Assembly (NCBI GenBank): GCA_041660865.1
Contig: JBAZVO010000005.1
Span: 62,626 to 126,625 of the forward strand
Source: Candidatus Woesearchaeota archaeon
GTDB lineage: Archaea; Nanobdellota; Nanobdellia; Woesearchaeales; 21-14-0-10-32-9
Direction: 5' to 3'
DNA: 64,000 nucleotides
Shown piece by piece: positions 20,062 to 28,556 of the stretch. The first letter of the stretch is position 1; every line of letters begins with the position of its first letter. The notes under the pieces were generated by a model, which made no database searches, had not been told where the DNA came from, and saw nothing but the letters and a program-made list of their open reading frames with translations. The position numbers were made by a program, and so were the translations under genes.

Positions 20062-22218
20062 ATGTCAGGGGATGAAAAAATGAAAGGAAAATTAATTTTA
20101 GGATTTTTTCTGATTGCAGCACTTGTTGTAACAGGATGTATTCCTCAAACGCCAATTAATGGAACTGAGGATTTATCAATAGGAACTCAAGAAGGTCTTC
20201 TTGGAAATAATAATGTTAAAGATAGTAACTTCAAAAACGTTGAAGAATATCAAGCATTCATTAAAGATCATTCTAGTGGAAGCGCAGGATATTATGGACG
20301 TCTGGGCGGAGTTATGATGGAAGCTACTGCGGCCATGAAATCTTCAGATTCAATAGATGTTTCAAATTCAGGTAGTGGTGTTGATTTTTCAGGCACAAAT
20401 AATCAAGTTATAGGTGTTGATGAAGCAGATATGTTAAAAACTGATGGAGAATATATTTATACAATAACTGAGAATGTTGTATTTATAATAAACTCATATC
20501 CTGGAAAAGAAGCTGAAGTTGTATCTAAAATAAAATTCGATAAAGATTATCCAACAGCATTATTTATCGAGGGTAATAAACTTGCAGTAATTGGAACTGT
20601 TAATGATTTTAATTTTTTAAGCGCTCAAGGATTTTCAAGAAATCAAGGATATACATTTGTAAAAATCTATGATATTTCAAATAGAGCAAAACCAACATTA
20701 TTAAAAGAATTAAAATACGAAGGACAATATAATGATGCAAGATTAATCGGATCTGATATGTATTTAGTATCTACATTTTATCCTGAATATAGAACTGATT
20801 ATCCAACTCCATTATATTTTGAAGGAACAGTAAAAAAAGAAATGGCTGTACAAAATATACATTATTTCAATATACCTTATACTAATCCTTCTTTTGTTAT
20901 TGTTAATTCTGTAAATTTAGAAAAACAAACAACGACGGATTCAGTTGCATTAACTGTTGAAGGATATCCTAATGTGTATATGTCAGAAGATAATTTGTAT
21001 TTAGTTTACACAGAATACATAAATGAATGGGAATTTGAACAACAAGTAAGATTGGAATTAATTGTTCCAAAATTATCTTTAGAAGATCAAAAATTTGTTC
21101 AAAAAATAAATGCTGCAGATTCTGATATTTTATCAAGATATGAAAAACAATCAAAAATAATGCAAGTTGTTGAAAAATATGTGTATAGTCTTCCAGAAAA
21201 AGATAGAGATGCACTTCAAGTAGAAATAGATGCAATTGTTAAAAAAAGACTATCTGAATACAAATATGCAGAATATACAATAATAAATAAAATAGGAATT
21301 AACAAAGGTCAAGTTTCAATTGAAGCTAATGGAAAAGTTCCAGGACATATATCAAATCAGTTTTCAATGGATGAATTTGAAGGAAACTTTAGAATTGCAA
21401 CAACCATAAGTCAAAGATGGTCAAGATTTATGACTGGTAATGATGTTACAACAACGAATGTTGCAACAGATGAAAAAATTGCAATAATGCCTCCAAATGG
21501 ACGATCTGAATCAATAAATAATATGTATGTTTTAGATTCAAATCTTAAAGAATTAGGCGCAATTGAGGGTTTAGCCAAAGGAGAGCAAATATATTCTGTA
21601 AGATTTATGGGTGATAGGGCATACGTTGTTACATTCAGACAAGTTGATCCTTTCTTTGTAATAGATTTGAAAGATCCATCAACACCTGCTGTACTTGGAG
21701 AATTAAAAATACCTGGCTTTTCAAAATACTTGCATCCATATGATGCAAATACCATAATAGGAATAGGACGAGACGCAACAGAATCAGGAAGAGCTGAAGG
21801 ATTAAAAGTTAGTCTTTTTGATGTATCTGATGTCGCAAATCCAAAAGAAATTGCAAAATATGTATCGGATGAAAAATATGCAAGTTCAACTGCAGAATGG
21901 GAACATAAAGCATTTTTATTCTCTAAAGAAAAGAATTTGCTTGTGCTTCCAGTATATAGCTACGGATACAATGGTGGGCAGAGTATGAATGGTGCACTTG
22001 TCTTTAAAATAACTAAAGATAGCATCAATTTAAGAGGTCTTGTTGATCATGGAAGTCAAAATAACTATGGTCCAACAGTTGAAAGAAGCCTATACATTAA
22101 TGACGAGCTTTATACAAAGAGTCCATATTTATTAAGAGTTAATTCACTTGTTGACTTGAGCAGCATAAAGAATGTAACTTTAATTGTAAATGAAGACTCA
22201 ATTATTAAAAAATATTAA
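20062..22218 (+). CDS. Secreted beta-propeller-domain lipoprotein
   Basis: Signal peptide with lipobox VVTGC. Beta_propel-like motifs (VDEADMLKTDGEYIY, RFMGDRAYVVTFRQVDPFFVIDL, GFSKYLHPY). The start may be the ATG at 20080. Confidence 0.7.
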   Translation: MSGDEKMKGKLILGFFLIAALVVTGCIPQTPINGTEDLSIGTQEGLLGNNNVKDSNFKNVEEYQAFIKDHSSGSAGYYGRLGGVMMEATAAMKSSDSIDVSNSGSGVDFSGTNNQVIGVDEADMLKTDGEYIYTITENVVFIINSYPGKEAEVVSKIKFDKDYPTALFIEGNKLAVIGTVNDFNFLSAQGFSRNQGYTFVKIYDISNRAKPTLLKELKYEGQYNDARLIGSDMYLVSTFYPEYRTDYPTPLYFEGTVKKEMAVQNIHYFNIPYTNPSFVIVNSVNLEKQTTTDSVALTVEGYPNVYMSEDNLYLVYTEYINEWEFEQQVRLELIVPKLSLEDQKFVQKINAADSDILSRYEKQSKIMQVVEKYVYSLPEKDRDALQVEIDAIVKKRLSEYKYAEYTIINKIGINKGQVSIEANGKVPGHISNQFSMDEFEGNFRIATTISQRWSRFMTGNDVTTTNVATDEKIAIMPPNGRSESINNMYVLDSNLKELGAIEGLAKGEQIYSVRFMGDRAYVVTFRQVDPFFVIDLKDPSTPAVLGELKIPGFSKYLHPYDANTIIGIGRDATESGRAEGLKVSLFDVSDVANPKEIAKYVSDEKYASSTAEWEHKAFLFSKEKNLLVLPVYSYGYNGGQSMNGALVFKITKDSINLRGLVDHGSQNNYGPTVERSLYINDELYTKSPYLLRVNSLVDLSSIKNVTLIVNEDSIIKKY

Positions 22219-22341
22219 TTTTTTTATTTTTTTTTAAATTATTTTTGAATCGTTCGCTCGATGACTTTTTTTTATTTTCTTTTTTTTCGATATTTATATA
22301 AATAAAGCATTTTTCTTTTTTCTTAAACGCAATTGTTAATT

Positions 22342-22474
22342 GCGGAGGTAGCCAAGCGGCCTAAGGCGACCGCCTGCAGAAGCAGACAACTGCTGTATTG
22401 AGCACGAACGTCAAGTTAGTGCGATGATAAAACTAGACAGCGGTTATCCGGGGGTTCGAATCCCTCCCTCCGCT
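22342..22474 (+). tRNA. tRNA-Cys (anticodon GCA) with a 59-nt intron (22380-22438) after position 37
   Basis: Acceptor GCGGAGG/CCTCCGC, anticodon stem ACCGC/GCGGT, loop CTGCAG..A, T arm GGGGG-TTCGAAT-CCCTC. The discriminator is U, as expected for tRNA-Cys. Confidence 0.8.
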
Positions 22475-22513
22475 CTTTTTTTTCGTTACTTCTCAGTGAC
22501 AATATACGAAAGA

Positions 22514-22521
22514 TTTAAATA
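22514..22521 (+). promoter_or_regulatory. Candidate TATA box (TTTAAATA) with a purine-rich BRE, for the thrS leader transcript
   Basis: GAAAGATTTAAATAAG is repeated exactly at 29158-29173 ahead of another cassette gene. It lies about 47 nt upstream of the leader ORF's ATG. Confidence 0.45.
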
Positions 22522-22567
22522 AGAGTTATGTTTCTATAATAAAATAATTAGTAAATATGGTGGTATT

Positions 22568-22648
22568 ATGAATGCAAACAAAAATAATGGAAAAGGAATT
22601 TTGTCTGAATTAGTTATTTCTCTAAATACCACTACAACCACTGCATGA
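22568..22648 (+). CDS. Candidate thrS leader peptide MNANKNNGKGILSELVISLNTTTTTA
   Basis: A 26-codon ORF with five consecutive Thr codons (ACC ACT ACA ACC ACT, 22628-22642). An SD-like GGTGG lies 5 nt upstream. It sits 222 nt upstream of the thrS start. Confidence 0.55.
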   Translation: MNANKNNGKGILSELVISLNTTTTTA

Positions 22649-22810
22649 ATGCAGCTCATTGTTATTCTATCTTAAAAAGAATCTCTGATTCTTGTTTTGT
22701 CTGGAGCTGGTAACTCTATAGATAAAATCTCAATCTTTAATTCTGATAAAAAACTCTGACTGAAAATTATAATTTTGAAAATAAGAAATAAGACTATAAA
22801 AAATAAAACA

Positions 22811-22862
22811 CGGAGGTAACGAAAATCAAAGATTTTCGAAACCTCCTCAATAAATTCGGAGG
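22811..22862 (+). promoter_or_regulatory. Decoy-SD / anti-SD hairpin plus the true thrS SD
   Basis: GGAGGTAACGAAAATC-AAA-GATTTTCGAAACCTCC forms a 14-bp stem with a 2x2 internal loop (22811-22845). ACCTCC (22840-22845) can alternatively pair with the thrS SD GGAGGT (22857-22862), which is 8 nt before the ATG at 22871. Confidence 0.55.
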
Positions 22863-22870
22863 TAATAAAA

Positions 22871-24316
22871 ATGGAAAATAATCAAAAATTTAAGAATAGA
22901 GAAGAAATAGTAAAAGAAATTCAAAGTAGGCATCTTATTTTAATGCCTGATGGACGAGAAATGCTGCTGGATCTAAAAAATCCTGAAGAAGTAAAAAGAA
23001 TACTAGATGAAGTTGGTGACGAAGAATTGAAAGCGTATATGCTCTCTGAAGAATTGAAGGGACAGCCAAAGGAAGAGCCACCTTCAATTAAAATGATGCA
23101 GCAACATGAACTCATAGGTTATGAGCCGTCGAGTGATTCAGGAAATTTTAGTATGTGGCCTAAAGGAAATTTAATATTTAGTCTCCTAAGAGATTGGTCG
23201 CATGAAATTGCTGTGAATAGATTGCAGGCAATGCAGATTGAGTCACCAGTATTATATGATTGGTCAGACCCAGAAATTCAGGAACAAGCAGGCTCTTTCC
23301 ATGAGAGGCATTACATAGTGAAAGCTCCAGATGATGATAAGAAAGAATTCATCTTGAGATTTGCAGCAGACTTTGGTCTCTTCAAAATTATGAAGAAAGC
23401 CAATTTTAGCCACAAGATGCTTCCTGTAAGAATGTATGAATTCTCCAAAAGTTTCAGATATGAAAAAAGCGGAGAATTATCTGGACTAAAAAGACTTCGA
23501 GCATTTCACATACCTGACTTGCATTGCTTCTGCAAAGATATTCCTCAAGGATGGGTTGAATATCAGCATCTCTACAAAGAGTATGTTAATCTTGCAAAAG
23601 GAGCAGGCGTTAAGTATGCAGTTGGATTTAGGATTGTGGAAGAGTTCTACAAAGAGCACAAAGAGAGACTTGTTGAGTTGCTGCAATACTCAAAGAGACC
23701 CGCATTTATAGAAGTGCTCTCAAAGATGAAGCATTATTGGGCTGTAAAAAATGAATTCCAAGGAATTGATAGCGTCGGTGGAAATATGCAACTGGTAACT
23801 GTGCAACTTGATGTCAAAGATGCGAAAGTCTATGGCATCAACTATGTGGATAGTGACGGAAGCAAAAAAGGATGCATAATTTGTCATTCAAGTATTGGCA
23901 GTATTGAAAGATGGATTTATGCAATACTTGAGGAAGCTTTGAAAAAAGAAAAACCTCAGCTTCCACTTTGGCTCTCTCCATCGCAGATAAGATTGATTCC
24001 AGTAAATCAAGCACAGATTGAATATTGTAAGTCGCTTAAATTTGACGGAGTTAGAATTGACATCGATGACAGCAATGATAGTTTAGGAAAGAAAATTGCG
24101 AATGCAAATAAAGAATGGATTCCTTACGTTGCAGTCATCGGCAATAAAGAAATGGAATCGGGCAAACTGATGGTGAACATAAGAGAAGATGGAAGCAAAA
24201 AAGAATTTTCCATCGTTGAACTTGAGAATGAGATTAAATCTAAATCTCAAGGAATGCCATTTAGACCTTTGCCTGTGCCTAAACTTGTAAGCCAAAGACC
24301 AATATTTTACGGATAA
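22871..24316 (+). CDS. thrS: Threonyl-tRNA synthetase, catalytic plus anticodon-binding domains only (no N-terminal editing domain)
   Basis: Class II motifs (FSKSFRYEKSGELSGLKRLRAFHIPDLHCF; GCIICHSSIGSIERWIYAILE). At 481 aa it is short, and the N-terminal ~70 aa do not resemble an editing domain. Confidence 0.85.
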   Translation: MENNQKFKNREEIVKEIQSRHLILMPDGREMLLDLKNPEEVKRILDEVGDEELKAYMLSEELKGQPKEEPPSIKMMQQHELIGYEPSSDSGNFSMWPKGNLIFSLLRDWSHEIAVNRLQAMQIESPVLYDWSDPEIQEQAGSFHERHYIVKAPDDDKKEFILRFAADFGLFKIMKKANFSHKMLPVRMYEFSKSFRYEKSGELSGLKRLRAFHIPDLHCFCKDIPQGWVEYQHLYKEYVNLAKGAGVKYAVGFRIVEEFYKEHKERLVELLQYSKRPAFIEVLSKMKHYWAVKNEFQGIDSVGGNMQLVTVQLDVKDAKVYGINYVDSDGSKKGCIICHSSIGSIERWIYAILEEALKKEKPQLPLWLSPSQIRLIPVNQAQIEYCKSLKFDGVRIDIDDSNDSLGKKIANANKEWIPYVAVIGNKEMESGKLMVNIREDGSKKEFSIVELENEIKSKSQGMPFRPLPVPKLVSQRPIFYG

Positions 24317-24347
24317 GAACTTTTTTCTTTCTTTTTTTCTTTTGATA

Positions 24348-24477
24348 TTTCTTGTTGGATTTTTTCGATCTCAAATTTTTCTTCAGTCGATAAAAAACAG
24401 GGATTTGAACGCTTTTGTAGTATTCCCTCCCTCCGCTCCTTATTTTAATTACTTGAAAGTGATAAACTTATAAATTG
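24348..24477 (+). repeat. Cassette-boundary repeat A1, containing an exact 15-nt copy of the tRNA-Cys 3' end
   Basis: TCCCTCCCTCCGCTC at 24424-24438 is identical to 22461-22475. The downstream TTACTTGAAAGTGATAA resembles TTACTTCTCAGTGACAA that follows the tRNA. Confidence 0.85.
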
Positions 24478-24499
24478 ATTTGTATTTCTTTTTAAAATA

Positions 24500-25168
24500 A
24501 TGGCTAATTTGAAACAAGATTTATTTATGGCTCATACGGCTTTGATGAAAAATATTGACTTGGGTGGCTTTTTAAGAGGATACACTTTACTTGATGTTGG
24601 CTCAGATTCTTTTGTGTATAAATCTAATTTAGAAGAAAAAATTATCAAAGTTTATGTCCCTCTTAGATTGACTTCAGGACAAGATTTTACTGTCGAGGAT
24701 GTTTTTGAAACTGTTAAATTATATAATTCTGATACATTGAAAGCAAAGAAAGCAGTAGAAGAAAGTTGGGGCGCGGTCTCTGATGAAATCAGAAGCATTG
24801 TCCTTAATGGCGTAAAATATGATGTTTTGGTTTCTATTTTGCCTCAAGGCGATGTGATGGGTATGGTGGGAGGTGAAGCTCTTGCTATTGGTCAGAGATA
24901 TATTGAAGGAAATAATTTAAAACAAATATTTGAACACAGTGAGAGAATTAAAGGGTTTGAAAATTTTTATAATGCACCAAATGAAAGTTCAACTAAAATT
25001 CGTCAAATGCTCGCTAATGCATCTATGTTAATAAATAACGCTGTCGGTGTTCCGTTTCAAATAGATAATAAAAATGTCAAGCCTGTTTTGTATTCTGATA
25101 ACAAAGTTCTTGATTTAATAGTAACTGACTTAGCAGATTCTATTGTTGCCAATTATTGTATTTTGTAA
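24500..25168 (+). CDS. Hypothetical protein (cassette gene)
   Basis: An ORF of 222 aa between repeats A1 and A2, with no recognised motif. Confidence 0.45.
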   Translation: MANLKQDLFMAHTALMKNIDLGGFLRGYTLLDVGSDSFVYKSNLEEKIIKVYVPLRLTSGQDFTVEDVFETVKLYNSDTLKAKKAVEESWGAVSDEIRSIVLNGVKYDVLVSILPQGDVMGMVGGEALAIGQRYIEGNNLKQIFEHSERIKGFENFYNAPNESSTKIRQMLANASMLINNAVGVPFQIDNKNVKPVLYSDNKVLDLIVTDLADSIVANYCIL

Positions 25169-25204
25169 TTGTTTTTTCTAAAAGTGTTTGCTTTGAATTT
25201 CTTA

Positions 25205-25337
25205 GTTTTTTTGTTGGATTTCTTCGAACCCAATTTTTTCTTCAGTCGATGCGAATTCGGGATTTGAACGCTTTTGTTATCTTTCCTCCCTCCGCTTCTT
25301 CACTTTTAAGTGATAACAAATCGAAATATTTATAAGT
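25205..25337 (+). repeat. Cassette-boundary repeat A2
   Basis: It aligns with A1 over about 130 bp at roughly 80% identity by eye (TTGTTGGATTT..TTCTTCAGTCGAT..GGGATTTGAACGCTTTTGT). Core CCTCCCTCCGCT is at 25285-25296. Confidence 0.85.
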
Positions 25338-25358
25338 CAGAAGAGATTATTTAATAGA

Positions 25359-25874
25359 ATGTTGAGAGTTGAACCGAATCTACCATATGCTGGAATAGTA
25401 GTTGATTTTAAACTATTGAGAAATGAGCTTGTAAAAGTGTATTTTACAAATATTCTTGGACGTGATCCTAGTATCTATGAGTGGGGCACTTGCGGTTTAT
25501 CACAAGATGATTTGCTGGTTGGCTTATCTAAATCGATTCCTGGGAAAGCTAATGTTGGTGTACCTCATATTGTTGTTTCATTTCCACATGTTACTGCAGT
25601 CTATAGGTGGGGAAATCCTTCTGAATCTAATGAACGAGAAACAAATATTTATCGTTTAGGTTTAGGTAAAACTGAAGAATTGACGGAAATAATATTTCCA
25701 GAACCAAAATTTCCTTTTGAGGTAGGATGTCCAGCAGAGATACATATTATTGGTAGGGAGATGGGATTTCGAAGTACAGCAAATACATTGGATGAGTATA
25801 TGAGGATGGCGGTACCAATTGGAACTTCAATACCTATAGCAAATTCTAATATGATTTATCAATCACGTAGATAA
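25359..25874 (+). CDS. Hypothetical protein (cassette gene)
   Basis: An ORF of 171 aa between A2 and A3. Confidence 0.45.
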   Translation: MLRVEPNLPYAGIVVDFKLLRNELVKVYFTNILGRDPSIYEWGTCGLSQDDLLVGLSKSIPGKANVGVPHIVVSFPHVTAVYRWGNPSESNERETNIYRLGLGKTEELTEIIFPEPKFPFEVGCPAEIHIIGREMGFRSTANTLDEYMRMAVPIGTSIPIANSNMIYQSRR

Positions 25875-25879
25875 TAAAA

Positions 25880-26040
25880 AATTCCCGCTTCGAACGCTTT
25901 CACGAAGTGAAACAAAGCAAAACGAAGCTTTGCGTGCACAGAAAATTTTTAATTTTCTCGTGGCTCGGAGCTTTAGCGACTGAGGTTTTGTTATCTTCCC
26001 TACCTCCGCTCCTTTTTATTCTACTTTTCCGACGGTATAA
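25880..26040 (+). repeat. Cassette-boundary repeat A3 (hairpin-rich long form)
   Basis: GCTTCGAACGCTTT, small hairpins (TTTCAC-GAA-GTGAAA), TAGCGACTGAGGTTTTGTTATCTTCCC. Core TCCCTACCTCCGCTC is at 25997-26011, with 1 mismatch. Confidence 0.8.
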
Positions 26041-26106
26041 TTGTGTTAATTAAGATATAGTTTCTGAATTAATGTTTAAAATATTAGAAAATTAAAAAAA
26101 CAGTTT

Positions 26107-26706
26107 TTACTTTTCGCATAACGCGATGTTCCAAACATTTCCTTTTTTTAAGTGGACTGATGAGAAATGCTGTTTTAGTAGTTTTTCAAACTGCGAGCTG
26201 GTCCAGTTTTGTAAATGCCCGGGAGAATTTCCAAAATCTGAGATGTATTTTCCTCTAATAAAATTTCCTAATCTGAAATATGGTTCATTTGGAACAGAAA
26301 AAATACTTTGTTTTTTCATAACTCTTTTAGCTTCATCTAAAAAAAGATGGGGGTGTTCTTGATGCTCTAATACTTCAGTAGCTATAACAAGATCGAAAGA
26401 GTTATTTTCAAAAGGGAGAGAATATCCGTTGCCAGTTATTGCTTTAAAGTTATATGTTTTACTACAAAAATTTATTTTTTCTGCAGATATGTCTATTCCA
26501 GTTACATCGTACCCATTTAATGTTGAAATGTAGTTTGTGATTTCTCCTTGTCCGCAACCTATGTCTAATACTGTTTTTGCATTTGTTTCTAATATTAATT
26601 GGTTTAGGTTTGAAAAATAAGTTTTTACTAGATATTTAATGATTGGATTGCCACTTCTTACATGATTGTAAAAATCTTTTTCTTCCATTTTTTTTATGAA
26701 AAACAA
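26107..26706 (-). CDS. Class I SAM-dependent methyltransferase (cassette gene)
   Basis: VLDIGCGQGE motif I and FDLVIATEVLEH. Confidence 0.75.
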   Translation of the reverse strand: MFFIKKMEEKDFYNHVRSGNPIIKYLVKTYFSNLNQLILETNAKTVLDIGCGQGEITNYISTLNGYDVTGIDISAEKINFCSKTYNFKAITGNGYSLPFENNSFDLVIATEVLEHQEHPHLFLDEAKRVMKKQSIFSVPNEPYFRLGNFIRGKYISDFGNSPGHLQNWTSSQFEKLLKQHFSSVHLKKGNVWNIALCEK

Positions 26707-26749
26707 AGGCGTTTATAAAACTTTCCTTTATTAATCACTTAATAGTAGT

Positions 26750-26912
26750 TTCAAACCCAGAATTTTGCTCTCGTCGATGTAAATTCCTGCTTCGAACGTT
26801 TCAACGACAGTTGAAGCTCGGAACGCTTTTACGCAAGTAAAAGTTCGGAACTTTGGTGACTGAATTAGCGACTGAGGTTTTGTTATCTTCCCACTTTTCG
26901 CTAACGTTCTAA
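26750..26912 (+). repeat. Cassette-boundary repeat A4 (long form, related to A3)
   Basis: It shares AATTCCTGCTTCGAACG and TTAGCGACTGAGGTTTTGTTATCTTCCC with A3. The hairpins are kept with different sequence (TTCAAC-GACA-GTTGAA; CTTTTAC-GCAA-GTAAAAG). The core has decayed to TTCCCACTTTTCGCT. Confidence 0.75.
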
Positions 26913-26914
26913 AT

Positions 26915-27739
26915 CTATTCCAATTTCTTCTTCTCTTCTCGTTTCGGCAAAAAGTTATTTTTAGAAACTATGCTTTTTCCGAGGTTCAATTCGAGATCTT
27001 CTCGTGCTCTTTTAGCGATGTTGCCTCCGATGTTTGCTGACTCTTTGCACTCTTCGAGTCCTTTGGAATCTTTAACTTTAGTAATATCTGTTGTAGCTTT
27101 TTCTCCAAGCATGGTAAAGATTAACTCCCAATCAGTCATGTGATCGCGCAAATTCTGATTTTGTTTCTTCAGTTCTTTGAATTCTTTGTATTCGCCAACT
27201 GTTTTTCCAAAAGTCGCTTTAGAAATCTCGTTTGTCAGTATTGCGAATTCTTGCTCAGTATTTACTTCTCTATTCTTCCATTCATCAGTTAATTCCTGTC
27301 GCACAGCAATTCCGCGAAGTCTTTTATCTATCCAGTCTTTTGGATAACCTTTCAATTCATAATACTCTTTGATTCTATCTTGCCCAAGTTCTGGATTCTC
27401 TATCTCTTCAATTCTTTCGTATCCGACTTGCGCAAGCCATAATTTGAATGGTTCTGCTTTCTTTGATGGGATAGATTGAATTATGCGAAATAATGATTTT
27501 GTGTTTGCACAATCTGTTTCATAAAATTTACCATCAGAAGAGGCCAATTTCAGTTGTCGACAATTTGTCGATAACTCGACTCCTTGCTCCAATTCTCTTT
27601 TTTTTAATCTGTACCAGTAGTCTTTTGGGTCTGTACTTTCAGTAAGAACAGCAACAACATCTACAACTGAGAAATACCATTCATTATCATACATTATTCT
27701 TCTGATTTTTTGGTCCTGGAATACAGCTATTTTGTTCAT
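26915..27739 (-). CDS. Bro-N / DinD-like (phage antirepressor-type) DNA-binding protein
   Basis: N-terminal Bro-N pattern (IRRIMYDNEWYFSVVDVVAVLTES..DPKDYW) and a DinD-like C-terminal region. The start is set at MNKIAVF because a TATA-like element lies inside the longer ORF. Confidence 0.65.
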   Translation of the reverse strand: MNKIAVFQDQKIRRIMYDNEWYFSVVDVVAVLTESTDPKDYWYRLKKRELEQGVELSTNCRQLKLASSDGKFYETDCANTKSLFRIIQSIPSKKAEPFKLWLAQVGYERIEEIENPELGQDRIKEYYELKGYPKDWIDKRLRGIAVRQELTDEWKNREVNTEQEFAILTNEISKATFGKTVGEYKEFKELKKQNQNLRDHMTDWELIFTMLGEKATTDITKVKDSKGLEECKESANIGGNIAKRAREDLELNLGKSIVSKNNFLPKREEKKKLE

Positions 27740-27796
27740 AGTTACAGAAAAGCATATCTTGTTTAAATATTTTGAGTGTAAATTTGTCCAGTGCAT

Positions 27797-27895
27797 CGAC
27801 TCAAATTTTCTGCTTCGTTCGATTTTGTTCTCTTTCCTTCGCTACTCTTAATTCACTGGTCAGAATATGTCGAAACATTTATATAATACCTTAAT
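27797..27895 (+). repeat. Cassette-boundary repeat A5 (decayed) plus a TATA-like CATTTATATAA
   Basis: CTGCTTCGTTCGATTTTGTTCTCTTTCCTTCGCTACTC aligns to the GCTTCGAACGCTTTTGTTATCTTCCCTCC..CGCT consensus. Confidence 0.6.
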
Positions 27896-27929
27896 TTAGG
27901 TATGATTGTACTATAAATAAGGTATTTGT

Positions 27930-28556
27930 ATGTTGACGCCGAAACAAATTAGAATATTTGAAGTGTTTTTGAGAAAACCTTACAAGGAAGTTACATATAA
28001 GGAAATAAAGGAGTTTTCAAGAGAAAAATCAAATTCTATTATTCAAACTGCGTTAATAAAGTTTCTTTCTGACGAACTTGTTATGAAGAGAGGTGTAGGA
28101 AATATTAATTTGTACTCGATAAATTTTGAGAATAGTTCAGTTTTTGCGTACTTTGACATATTAATAAAAGAAAAAACTCCAAAATTATTAAGGGCTAGCT
28201 TGAAGATAATAAGAGAAGAACTCTCAAACGTAGAATTTATTTCAATAGTTATTTTTGGTTCGTATGCGGAAGGAAAACAAAAAGAAAAATCGGATCTGGA
28301 CGTTGCGATTTTTGTGAATTCTGTAAATGATAAAAAAAGTTGCGAGTTCGCGATGAAATCGGCGGAGCTTAAATCAATATTGCCATTGGATGTTCATGTC
28401 ATAACTAAGAATGAGATGCGACAAATGCTCAAAGATAAAAATGAGAATTTAGGAAAGCAGATAGCTTGCAAACATCTTGCGGTTTATAATCCGATAATTT
28501 TTTATTCCATACTTGCTGAGGGGATAAATAATGGATTCAAAATTATATATTCATAG
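27930..28556 (+). CDS. wHTH plus minimal nucleotidyltransferase (MNT-type antitoxin-like)
   Basis: GSYAEGKQKEKSDLDVAIFV (G-S...D-x-D NTase signature). It overlaps the downstream HEPN gene by 26 nt. Confidence 0.75.
   Translation: MLTPKQIRIFEVFLRKPYKEVTYKEIKEFSREKSNSIIQTALIKFLSDELVMKRGVGNINLYSINFENSSVFAYFDILIKEKTPKLLRASLKIIREELSNVEFISIVIFGSYAEGKQKEKSDLDVAIFVNSVNDKKSCEFAMKSAELKSILPLDVHVITKNEMRQMLKDKNENLGKQIACKHLAVYNPIIFYSILAEGINNGFKIIYS

Noticed and set aside
22557-22635. A C/D box sRNA in the thrS leader, suggested by the terminal complementarity GTGGTATT/AATACCAC.
   Set aside because: There is no RUGAUGA C box (only ATGAATG), and the only CTGA is 17 nt from the 3' stem. The complementarity fits better as part of the leader structure.
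24348-26912. Interpreting the boundary repeats as classical integron attC sites.
   Set aside because: Only fragments resembling attC R-boxes are present (GTTGGAT matches the R' pattern GTTRRRY; TTTGAAC falls short of RYYYAAC). They are not in the order or inverted arrangement expected of attC. Cassette genes point both ways and appear to carry their own promoters, and no intI is in the window. I cannot fully exclude it without a covariance-model scan.
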